Virus record (IMG/VR): IMGVR_UViG_3300030376_001983
Location: 1-33,915 of that record
DNA: 33,915 bases
Direction: 5' to 3' (one strand)
From: a virus
Taxonomy: Duplodnaviria > Caudoviricetes
Positions 1-6,838 of this stretch are shown here, piece by piece (the stretch's first letter is position 1; the number at the start of each line of letters is the position of its first letter). The notes beneath the pieces were generated by a model. That model was not told the origin of the DNA, made no database searches, and saw nothing but the letters and a program-made list of their open reading frames with translations. A program made the position numbers and the translations under genes.

Positions 1-107
1 ACGTAACCATTGACGCAACAGAGAACGCACTAGCATCTGGCCCAGTAGCAGTAGCAACAGGTGTTACTCTCACTGTCACAACAGGAGGGAACTTGTCCAT
101 TGTCTGA
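1..107 (+). CDS. Partial CDS: 3' end of a tail-fibre-associated protein (second copy of the end of 32603..33067)
   Basis: 1..107 equals 32961..33067 except one synonymous change (89 G vs 33049 A); ends ...GGNLSIV* at TGA 105-107. Confidence 0.85.
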   Translation, partial: VTIDATENALASGPVAVATGVTLTVTTGGNLSIV

Positions 108-181
108 GATACGAGTTACAACGATAAGTGATACGGCTGGCACTGGCCCTGTTACGCTGACGAAGCAACACGCTGCAAAGG
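1..181 (+). repeat. Terminal homology block 1 (partner 32961..33141)
   Basis: 1..161 matches 32961..33121 with 1 mismatch; partial match continues to about 181, then similarity collapses. Confidence 0.97.
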
Positions 182-456
182 GTTGGCTTTTTCAGTCAAG
201 CGGAGGCTTAATTGAGAGTTTTAACATGTCTTCATATGTTGATAATTCTACAGGAAACTCCAGTTACAATTTAACCTCTGCAATAATTTCAACAGATGGT
301 CACATTTCAATGCCAATAGCCCGAACATCAGATGATAGGAATGTTTCTGTTATTATAAACTCTGCAAGTCAATTTACCGCTTATTCTAGGGATATTTCTG
401 CTAATGCATTGGAAGATAGCAACATTTTAGCTACAACACACGGAGACCTAGCATGA
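100..456 (+). CDS. Small tail-fibre tip / putative receptor-binding protein A, allele 1
   Basis: Likely TTG start at 100 after GGAGG (84-88), overlapping the upstream stop; AAKGW...SFNMSS.VDNSTG...HGDLA pattern shared with the next two ORFs. Confidence 0.75.
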   Translation: MSEIRVTTISDTAGTGPVTLTKQHAAKGWLFQSSGGLIESFNMSSYVDNSTGNSSYNLTSAIISTDGHISMPIARTSDDRNVSVIINSASQFTAYSRDISANALEDSNILATTHGDLA

Positions 457-533
457 GTACGATAACGGTCACAAACATCAAAGCCACAGGTGAAACAGCT
501 AGTCGTGCAGTGTCAGGGGTTGCGGCGGCTTGG
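439..533 (+). repeat. Terminal homology block 2 (partner 33420..33514), A/B gene junction
   Basis: 439..518 is identical to 33420..33499 (80 bp); partial match to about 533. Confidence 0.97.
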
Positions 534-842
534 GTTAATTTTAATGGGACTGGGACTATTGCGACTAGAGATAGTAACAATGTTTCAAGCTTAACAGATA
601 GTGGGACGGGCAAGTATGACATCAACTTTTCCAATAACGCTGGTAATGCTAACTACGCCTACAATGTTACATGTGCTAATACATCTAGTCCATTTTTAAG
701 AAATTTTTGGGTAAATGACGTTGCAAACGCAACTACCAGCAAAGTTCAGGCTCAAACACTTTACGCTTCTGATACATCAGGTAATGGCGCAAACTCGGAT
801 GCCATCCTTGTAAGCGTAACAACCCACGGAGACTTAGCATGA
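453..842 (+). CDS. Small tail-fibre tip / putative receptor-binding protein B, allele 1
   Basis: ATGA overlap with gene A; AAAWVNFNGTGT..RDS.NVSSLTDSGTGKY.INF motif typical of phage fibre C-terminal domains; ends HGDLA. Confidence 0.8.
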   Translation: MSTITVTNIKATGETASRAVSGVAAAWVNFNGTGTIATRDSNNVSSLTDSGTGKYDINFSNNAGNANYAYNVTCANTSSPFLRNFWVNDVANATTSKVQAQTLYASDTSGNGANSDAILVSVTTHGDLA

Positions 843-943
843 GTACACTAGAAGTATCCAACCTAAACGATGGCACAACAACTGTAGCGACTACGTTTGT
901 TACTGGTGGGTCTGCAAAGTCTTGGTGTCAATGGAGTGGAGCC
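824..943 (+). repeat. Terminal homology block 3 (partner 33796..33915), B/C gene junction
   Basis: 120 bp with one synonymous mismatch (865 A vs 33837 C); runs to the last base of the window. Confidence 0.97.
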
Positions 944-1204
944 AGCTCTATAAGAAACAGTTTAAATGTTTCTTCTATAACAGATGTAACCACAGGAAGT
1001 AATACGATTACCTATACAACTAGTTTTGCAAATGACGATTATGCTCAAGGTGGTATGGCAAGAGAAAACTCAAGTGGTGCCACTGCTCATATGCGTCTTT
1101 CAACTTTTGCTACTTCTAACACAAGATACTTTTGTGTTGATGAAAGTGGTACATCTATAGATGGAGAAACTCAAATGGTCGTAGTGCAAGGAGACATGGC
1201 ATGA
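839..1204 (+). CDS. Small tail-fibre tip / putative receptor-binding protein C
   Basis: ATGA overlap; SAKSW...SLNVSSITD..TG motif; ends QGDMA; paralog of A and B. Confidence 0.8.
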   Translation: MSTLEVSNLNDGTTTVATTFVTGGSAKSWCQWSGASSIRNSLNVSSITDVTTGSNTITYTTSFANDDYAQGGMARENSSGATAHMRLSTFATSNTRYFCVDESGTSIDGETQMVVVQGDMA

Positions 1205-1614
1205 CCCACAGACATCTATGGGATAGGTTAGCAGAAGCTAAGAGTAGGCTAGACCCAGTGCAGTCTAAGTATCGTGTGCTGTTCGAAGACCCAGCCGCAC
1301 CTGACGAACCAGCTAAGGTATTAGTGCCAGATCCTAATTGGATGGCTTGTGCTTTAGAGGGTGACATACTCCCACCTATAGAGACTTACCAGCGTGACAG
1401 AGGTGTGCCAGATGGACAGCCAAAGGAGCATCCATACGCTGAACCTATCGGTGCTATGACAGAGGAAGAAGCAATAGAATACTTAGTTCAAAAGGATATA
1501 GATCCGTCAGTATGGCGAGACTATAAAGGTAACAGAACAATCCTGAAGATTGTGCCTGTTGAAATGATCCCTAGTGATCGGTCATTTAGAAACGCATGGA
1601 GAATTATGCAATGA
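1201..1614 (+). CDS. Conserved phage protein, tail-fibre module
   Basis: ATGA overlap; C-terminal PSDRSFRNAW motif shared with the next ORF. Confidence 0.7.
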   Translation: MTHRHLWDRLAEAKSRLDPVQSKYRVLFEDPAAPDEPAKVLVPDPNWMACALEGDILPPIETYQRDRGVPDGQPKEHPYAEPIGAMTEEEAIEYLVQKDIDPSVWRDYKGNRTILKIVPVEMIPSDRSFRNAWRIMQ

Positions 1615-1958
1615 CAACTTACATCAATATCAACGGAGATGTTCGTGAGGCATCTTCTCTAACAGTACCTTCTGACAGAACGTTCAGAGGTGCTTGGCAG
1701 TTCAACGGTGACGCTGTTGAAGTGGATATGTCTAAAGCCAGAGATATTCACAAAGATAATCTAAGGGCAGAACGTGCGCCTAGATTAGAAGCTTTGGACG
1801 TAGACTATATGAAAGCGTTGGAGGCTGGCTCTGGTGCAGATGCTATAGCTGCTAAGAAGAAGACACTGAGAGACATTACAGCAGATGCTAAGATAGCTAA
1901 CGCATCAACCCCAGACGCTTTGAAGGCATTGGACTTGGCAACTCTACTAGGAGAGTAA
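1611..1958 (+). CDS. Putative tail fibre assembly chaperone
   Basis: Start placed at 1611 (ATGA overlap, GGAGA at 1598-1602); LRAER..LEALD...LRDIT helical motif like phage tail-assembly chaperones. Confidence 0.6.
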   Translation: MTTYININGDVREASSLTVPSDRTFRGAWQFNGDAVEVDMSKARDIHKDNLRAERAPRLEALDVDYMKALEAGSGADAIAAKKKTLRDITADAKIANASTPDALKALDLATLLGE

Positions 1959-1959
1959 T

Positions 1960-2979
1960 ATGAGTTTAGCGAGAGACATAGCAGACTTAGGAGCAGTAAC
2001 TACTAGGCTCGATACTGTTGGTGCTAGTAGTGGTGCGCTTAGTAACAGAAATCTTATAATTAATGGGGCGATGCAAGTGGCGCAACGTGGAACGAGTGTT
2101 ACTGGATCAACTGCTAGTGCTATCCTTACTGTGGATAGGTTTCAAACTCACGCTTCTGGCGCAACATACGACAGCCTCCAACAAAGTGTAACTTTAGGTG
2201 GAGAAACTGGTTTACCTGTTCAGTTTAAAAATTATTTTAAATTTAATGTCACAACAGGAGCAAACAACTGTGCTGTATGGCAAACTGTTGAAGATGTTAC
2301 TAAGGTACAAGGCACTCATACTTTAAGTTTTTATGCAAAAGGCGTAAACCCTGCTGGTGGTAGTATAGATTTTACAACTAGACAAGACTTTGGAAGTGGT
2401 GGCTCAACTGCCGCAGATGTTCTTGTGGGAAACTTTGTTCTTACTTCAACTTGGCAAAGGTTTACATTTACTTTTGATGTTGCTTCTGTTGCAGGAAAAA
2501 CAATAGGCGCAAGTAGTTATTTTAGGGCTATGTTTCATCAACCAAATGGTGATAGTGGAAGTGCTGCATGGAACTTACAAATCACAGGCCTTCAACTAGA
2601 AGTCGGCTCAGAAGCCACGCCCTTTGAGCATCGTAGCTATGATGACGAACTTTCTAAATGTCAAAGGTACTTTCAAGCTTGGGGAGCTGTTCACGCTTTT
2701 GCATCGGGTGTTTGGTTTAATAGCACTCAGGTTTTAGCGCACATGCCTTATATTAAAGAAATGAGAGCCGCTCCTACGTTTACTACGTCAGGCAATGATT
2801 TTGCAAAAGTGTATAAATCAGGTGGAACCATTCAAGTAAGTGACTCTACTCCTTTTGATGTCATCAATACAACTTCTGCAAGAGTAAACGTAGGTTTTGG
2901 TACTTCGGGTACATCAGGAGAAGGTGCGTATATACAAACTGAATCGGGTGCGTATATACATGTGGAAGCGGAGATATAA
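1960..2979 (+). CDS. Tail fibre/spike protein with carbohydrate-binding-like domain
   Basis: NRNLIINGAMQVAQRG...DRF...QLEVGSEATPFEHR....EL..CQRYF...MRAAPT signature common in marine phage tail proteins. Confidence 0.75.
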   Translation: MSLARDIADLGAVTTRLDTVGASSGALSNRNLIINGAMQVAQRGTSVTGSTASAILTVDRFQTHASGATYDSLQQSVTLGGETGLPVQFKNYFKFNVTTGANNCAVWQTVEDVTKVQGTHTLSFYAKGVNPAGGSIDFTTRQDFGSGGSTAADVLVGNFVLTSTWQRFTFTFDVASVAGKTIGASSYFRAMFHQPNGDSGSAAWNLQITGLQLEVGSEATPFEHRSYDDELSKCQRYFQAWGAVHAFASGVWFNSTQVLAHMPYIKEMRAAPTFTTSGNDFAKVYKSGGTIQVSDSTPFDVINTTSARVNVGFGTSGTSGEGAYIQTESGAYIHVEAEI

Positions 2980-2981
2980 AA

Positions 2982-3158
2982 ATGAATATCACATCGGCTC
3001 AATATAAAGTAGATTTAGATGGCACAACAAAAGTTTCAATTAAGGCCACAATAGACGGTAAACAAATGGCTGTACCCCTAGACCCAGCAAACCGTCACTA
3101 CGCAGCCATCCTCGAATGGGCAAAAGAAGACGGCAACGAGATAGCCGCAGCGGATTAA
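2982..3158 (+). CDS. Small conserved phage protein (58 aa), not in ORF track
   Basis: Translated by hand: MNITSAQYKVDLDGTTKVSIKATIDGKQMAVPLDPANRHYAAILEWAKEDGNEIAAAD; GGAG upstream; TAATG overlap with next gene. Confidence 0.85.
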   Translation: MNITSAQYKVDLDGTTKVSIKATIDGKQMAVPLDPANRHYAAILEWAKEDGNEIAAAD

Positions 3159-3562
3159 TGGATCTACCCAAGGTAAATATAGCAGTCATCGGAGTGATCT
3201 GCTCTAGCTTGGGTGGCATGGTTTGGTACGCTAGTGAGCAAGCTTCTATAATAGCTAATCTCGAAGAGACTGTTGCTGTTCTTGATGCTCAAAGTAATAC
3301 TACTGATAAGGTAAATATGATCAGAGATATTGAGCAAAACAAAGAACGAATAGATGAGATTATAGATTACATTGTAGAAGTTGAAGAAGATAATAGCGAA
3401 ACTGTTGATGAAATTTATCAAGAGTTTGAGGATGTTTTTGAAACGCAAGAGGGTTTTTTGCTTCAGTTTAATCAAATCGTTAAGCTTCAAGCTCGAGTTA
3501 AAACTTTAGAAAACACATTAGAATTTTTAGCGAGACGTCCTACACTATCAGACGGTAGATAG
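3158..3562 (+). CDS. Membrane-anchored coiled-coil protein
   Basis: Start placed at 3158 (TAATG overlap); N-terminal hydrophobic helix then acidic heptad-like region; near lysis genes. Confidence 0.65.
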   Translation: MDLPKVNIAVIGVICSSLGGMVWYASEQASIIANLEETVAVLDAQSNTTDKVNMIRDIEQNKERIDEIIDYIVEVEEDNSETVDEIYQEFEDVFETQEGFLLQFNQIVKLQARVKTLENTLEFLARRPTLSDGR

Positions 3563-3564
3563 CT

Positions 3565-4023
3565 ATGGTTGATCCCATTACAATTCTTGCTGGTATCAAA
3601 ACAGGACTAGCTGCTGGTAAAACAGTAGCTGGTTTGTCTAAACAGATTGGGCAATTCTTTGATGCAACTGACCAAGCAAAGAAAACGCTACAGAAAAAAG
3701 GTGTATCAAGCAAAAGTGCAAATGCTACGGCGTTGGATCGTTGGGCGAAAGTTAGACAAGCAGCGGAAGCTGAAGAAGAACTCAAAGAATGGATTACTCA
3801 AACTTACGGAAGATCCAAATACCTAGAGCTATTAAAGATTCGTAGAGAAGTTTTAGCAGAAAAGCGTGAAGCAGAAGCTCAGGCAAGGCGTGAAGCACAG
3901 GAAAGGGCTGAGTTAGGTCTGACTATAGCTGCAATAGTTCTGCTTCTCACAGCGGCTGCTGTTGGCTCTACTGCTTATTTGCATTATATGGGGTGGCTAG
4001 ACATCTGGGATTACTTACCCTGA
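3565..4023 (+). CDS. Hypothetical membrane protein
   Basis: MVDPITILA N-terminus, charged helical middle, C-terminal transmembrane segment. Confidence 0.7.
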   Translation: MVDPITILAGIKTGLAAGKTVAGLSKQIGQFFDATDQAKKTLQKKGVSSKSANATALDRWAKVRQAAEAEEELKEWITQTYGRSKYLELLKIRREVLAEKREAEAQARREAQERAELGLTIAAIVLLLTAAAVGSTAYLHYMGWLDIWDYLP

Positions 4024-4172
4024 GATTAGTTGAAATTAGATACGACAGGTTTGTTGTGTATACAGATGATGGTAAATTAGTTATACAAACAAGTGAAAGG
4101 CGCATAGCAAAAGGAGTTTGCAATGGTGAAATTAACAGCAAGCGCGATAGACCAGCTAAAGATACTACCTAG
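4020..4172 (+). CDS. Possible small protein (50 aa) with CTG start, not in ORF track
   Basis: Open frame (L/M)RLVEIRYDRFVVYTDDGKLVIQTSERRIAKG... fills the 100 bp gap and begins at a CTGA stop/start overlap. Confidence 0.45.
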   Translation: MRLVEIRYDRFVVYTDDGKLVIQTSERRIAKGVCNGEINSKRDRPAKDTT

Positions 4173-4347
4173 ACTGGCTTTTCTTTGCCAAATTATTTTA
4201 ACTTGGAAGGTTTGTTTGTGGTTTATGACGCTCGATGATCCAACAACTCAGCAGAGTGCGTTTGTATCTTTGGTTACTGCGATGCTTTCAGCATCTTTCG
4301 CACTGTGGTTAGGCAAAGAAGCTAAGACAGATAGGATAGGCGAATGA
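4123..4347 (+). CDS. Putative holin (two TM helices)
   Basis: AAGGAG RBS; two hydrophobic segments and a charged C-terminus; upstream of endolysin. Confidence 0.6.
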   Translation: MVKLTASAIDQLKILPRLAFLCQIILTWKVCLWFMTLDDPTTQQSAFVSLVTAMLSASFALWLGKEAKTDRIGE

Positions 4348-4685
4348 TTGGGATACTTCAAAGTGTAGCTGGACTAGCTACAACGTACATCGATAGCAAA
4401 GCAAAGGTCAAAGCTGCTGAAGCAGAAACCAAAATGAAGATTGCTACTGGTGAAATCAGTTGGGAGCAAGCAGCTATTGAGGCCAGCGCAGACAGCTGGA
4501 AAGATGAGGCTTGGACTCTTTGCTTCATTGCCATAGTGCTGGGTTCATTCGTGCCTTGGTTACAACCATACATGAAGCAAGGCTTTGAGAATCTTCAGGC
4601 TGCGCCCCAGTGGTTTAGTTGGGCAATGTATGCTTCAATCGCCGCGTCGTTTGGAATTAGAACAATGAAAGGATTTAAGAAGTGA
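4344..4685 (+). CDS. Putative holin / lysis membrane protein
   Basis: SWKDEAW motif, TM segments, basic C-terminus FGIRTMKGFKK; directly upstream of endolysin. Confidence 0.65.
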   Translation: MIGILQSVAGLATTYIDSKAKVKAAEAETKMKIATGEISWEQAAIEASADSWKDEAWTLCFIAIVLGSFVPWLQPYMKQGFENLQAAPQWFSWAMYASIAASFGIRTMKGFKK

Positions 4686-5143
4686 CATTTAAATTAAGCG
4701 AACGTAGCCTTGATAGGCTTGAAGGTGTTGATAAAAACATGGTTGCTCTTGCAAAGTATGCAATTGGTATAACCAAAGTTGATTTTGGAATACCACACCT
4801 GGGCGGCATGAGGACAATGGAACAACAGCGTCAGCTTGTTGACAAAGGTGCATCTCAAACCATGAAGAGTAAACATCTCGAAGGAATTGCAATAGATACA
4901 GTGGCTTACATAGGGTCAAGGGTATCTTGGGAACTCAATCTCTACGATGATATTGCGGATGCCATGCAGCAAGCAGCTAATGATCTTGGCATTCATGTTC
5001 GCTGGGGAGCCGCATGGCACATCAATTCGATTGGTGAATACGAAGGCACAATGGAAGATGCAATGAATGAATACATCGATCTTCGAAGGTCGCAAGGAAG
5101 GCGTCCGTTTATAGACGCTCCTCACTTTGAACTTTCGGTTTAA
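4682..5143 (+). CDS. Endolysin, peptidase M15 family
   Basis: RT..QQ..L...GASQTMKSKH..G.AID, WG..W and D.PHFEL zinc-peptidase motifs; GTGA overlap. Confidence 0.88.
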   Translation: MTFKLSERSLDRLEGVDKNMVALAKYAIGITKVDFGIPHLGGMRTMEQQRQLVDKGASQTMKSKHLEGIAIDTVAYIGSRVSWELNLYDDIADAMQQAANDLGIHVRWGAAWHINSIGEYEGTMEDAMNEYIDLRRSQGRRPFIDAPHFELSV

Positions 5144-5336
5144 GTTTTGGTTTAACTATTCTTGATGCAACATCGCTTTCAACGCAGTACATTTCCGTAC
5201 CATTGACTAAGTTGTACAGATCATCTGTTGCATATTGCGCTTTATAACAAGACTCGTAGTTATTAAACCAAATCATTGTTGCAGTTTCTTCAGACTTAAT
5301 GTGATAAACCAAAACTAATGCAGTAAAGAAATCCAT
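5109..5336 (-). CDS. Hypothetical protein, last gene of early block
   Basis: Start placed at ATG 5336, 1 nt after the upstream stop; overlaps the endolysin 3' end convergently. Confidence 0.6.
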   Translation of the reverse strand: MDFFTALVLVYHIKSEETATMIWFNNYESCYKAQYATDDLYNLVNGTEMYCVESDVASRIVKPKLKPKVQSEERL

Positions 5337-5337
5337 A

Positions 5338-5625
5338 CTAATGCACATACTTTCTTACTGTACTTACACTAACTCCAACAATTTTTGCTGTTGAACCTAG
5401 ACACCACCCTTTGTCTAAAAAATATTTTATGTCATCAATCTCTTTGTCGGAGAGGGAACTATTACGCCACCCCTCTCCGAAGGTAGCAGACCTTGGTGTT
5501 TGCTTTGGTTTACTACCGCTCGATAGTTTACCACGCCTTTTGTGTACGTTCATTTTCCCCTCCACTTTATACAGTCTATGATTGCATAGTTTAGCATCTT
5601 CTATCATTTGTTCTAGTGGTGTCAT
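5338..5625 (-). CDS. HTH DNA-binding protein
   Basis: C-terminal LS..EI..I...L..G......AKIVGVSVSTVRKY helix-turn-helix. Confidence 0.75.
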   Translation of the reverse strand: MTPLEQMIEDAKLCNHRLYKVEGKMNVHKRRGKLSSGSKPKQTPRSATFGEGWRNSSLSDKEIDDIKYFLDKGWCLGSTAKIVGVSVSTVRKYVH

Positions 5626-5762
5626 GATTTATCCTTTTTTATTTCTTCATATTTTTTCATAACTCTTTCTGTAAAAGCTCCAGATTCTATTTCATCTAAA
5701 TGAAGCTCTGCTATTTTTAAGCAGTTCCTTATTAGTTTTATTTGTTTTTCAAGTTGTGTCAT
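5622..5762 (-). CDS. Small hypothetical protein (46 aa), not in ORF track
   Basis: MTQLEKQIKLIRNCLKIAELHLDEIESGAFTERVMKKYEEIKKDKS; AGGAG RBS; ATGA overlap with next gene. Confidence 0.7.
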   Translation of the reverse strand: MTQLEKQIKLIRNCLKIAELHLDEIESGAFTERVMKKYEEIKKDKS

Positions 5763-5773
5763 TTTATTCTCCT

Positions 5774-5805
5774 AAAAAAAAGGCCAGCCCCGATGGGAGG
5801 CTGGC
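5774..5805 (-). terminator. Rho-independent terminator downstream of ssb-like gene
   Basis: Minus strand GCCAGCC-TCCCATCGG-GGCTGGC then C and 8 T. Confidence 0.8.
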
Positions 5806-5879
5806 AAGTTACAAGAGAGCCGCGAGGCCAACAGGCTGTGAGCAGTGTAAGCGTACTCTCTTGGAGAACGTGCCTCTAA
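5774..5879 (-). ncRNA. Candidate 3'UTR-derived small RNA
   Basis: CAAGAGAG/CTCTCTTG stem (5812-5819 with 5856-5863) before the terminator; 5' segment ACGTTCTCC is complementary to early-gene RBSs. Confidence 0.4.
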
Positions 5880-6284
5880 TTAAAACGGTATGTCATCTTC
5901 TTTCAAGTTATTATTTGGCTGTTCTTCATTTTTATTTTGTGGATCAGATATTGCGAACGACATGTAAGGCTTGCCATCCTTCATTCTTCTCCATGATGCC
6001 AGTCGTTTGTCTGTATATGGTGCAGTCCAAGGCATCTGCTTGTCTGCTGTGTCGTACAACTTACCAGTGTAGTCTGGTGCGTTGTCTTTGGCGTTGTCAT
6101 TCTTAAACATCACGCCCACTTTCTCGTACACTTCCATGACTTCCATGCCAGATTGTGTGACTCTGCGTACTATTACGCACTTAGCGTCACGACCTTCCAC
6201 ATTCATCTTACCTTGCAAGATCATGTTCATGTCTTCGAAGGGTGGGAATGCCACGCCATCATTTGTATTATCGTATTCTGCCAA
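5880..6284 (-). CDS. Putative single-stranded DNA-binding protein
   Basis: APDYTG motif; acidic tail ending EDDIPF (SSB-Ct like); follows erf; TTG start with GGAG. Confidence 0.7.
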   Translation of the reverse strand: MAEYDNTNDGVAFPPFEDMNMILQGKMNVEGRDAKCVIVRRVTQSGMEVMEVYEKVGVMFKNDNAKDNAPDYTGKLYDTADKQMPWTAPYTDKRLASWRRMKDGKPYMSFAISDPQNKNEEQPNNNLKEDDIPF

Positions 6285-6312
6285 GCTTCTGACTCCTTTG
6301 CTTAGTTGTGGT

Positions 6313-6379
6313 GAGGGGTTCTTGGGAAAACCTCCCCCTCGATAAGGCTATCATAACTCCAAAGGAGACTTCCCAAGAA
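6313..6379 (-). promoter_or_regulatory. Structured erf-ssb intercistronic leader
   Basis: 10-bp inverted repeat TTCTTGGGAA (6319-6328) / TTCCCAAGAA (6370-6379) enclosing two small hairpins. Confidence 0.45.
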
Positions 6380-6838
6380 TTACCAATTAGTATTGCTAGT
6401 TCGCTTTGTTTCTGGTGCTGGCTCATCATTTGCCACAGGCTTTGGCGTTGCACCTTTCCTGTTTTGCTCACCATCATCATCTTCAGCTGGTAAGTTTAGC
6501 AATGACATAATGCCATAGCGTCTAGCATATGTGATAGCACTGCCTAGTCCTTGCATATCATTCTTGCCTAGTACTAAAGGTATGGCTGTCACAAAGCTCT
6601 CGCCACTCTCATGCACAAGCTCTGTTGTGATAGACTTGCCATGCTCGTTTGATATTGCTCGATGCATAAGCAAGAAACCTTTCTTTGCTAGTGGCTCTGT
6701 CACCGCTTCGATCACGCTCTCAAGTGTAGCGTACTTGTTACCGAAGTGTGGATTCTTACCACTCTTTTTGATTGGCTCTATGTCGGCTCTTGCTTCCATA
6801 AGCATCTTGATAATATTTGTTTTGGTTTTGGTAGTCAT
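6380..6838 (-). CDS. erf: ERF-family single-strand annealing protein
   Basis: KNPHFGNKYATLE, GSAITYARRY and EDDDG motifs of the ERF superfamily. Confidence 0.92.
   Translation of the reverse strand: MTTKTKTNIIKMLMEARADIEPIKKSGKNPHFGNKYATLESVIEAVTEPLAKKGFLLMHRAISNEHGKSITTELVHESGESFVTAIPLVLGKNDMQGLGSAITYARRYGIMSLLNLPAEDDDGEQNRKGATPKPVANDEPAPETKRTSNTNW

Noticed and set aside
61-99. ORF-track N-terminal extension of tip gene A (also 33021..33059)
   Set aside because: It overlaps the upstream gene; GGAGG spacing and paralog N-termini point to TTG at 100/33060.
100-842. Diversity-generating retroelement (TR/VR pair) explaining the two versions
   Set aside because: Cores differ at all base types and by indels, both versions are full ORFs, and no reverse transcriptase is present.
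439-1204. Shufflon or invertible tail-fibre switch
   Set aside because: All junction repeats are direct, all cassettes are on one strand, and no tyrosine or serine recombinase is recognisable.
439-1204. CRISPR-like array from the junction repeats
   Set aside because: Repeats are 360-390 bp apart, lie in coding sequence, and there are no cas genes.
2923-2960. 14-bp direct repeat GGTGCGTATATACA
   Set aside because: In-frame local duplication (GAYI twice) with no further copies.
6313-6379. Hammerhead ribozyme or H-type pseudoknot
   Set aside because: No CUGAnGA/GAAA core, and a zero-length loop across a 10-bp stem is sterically implausible; kept only as alternative folds.
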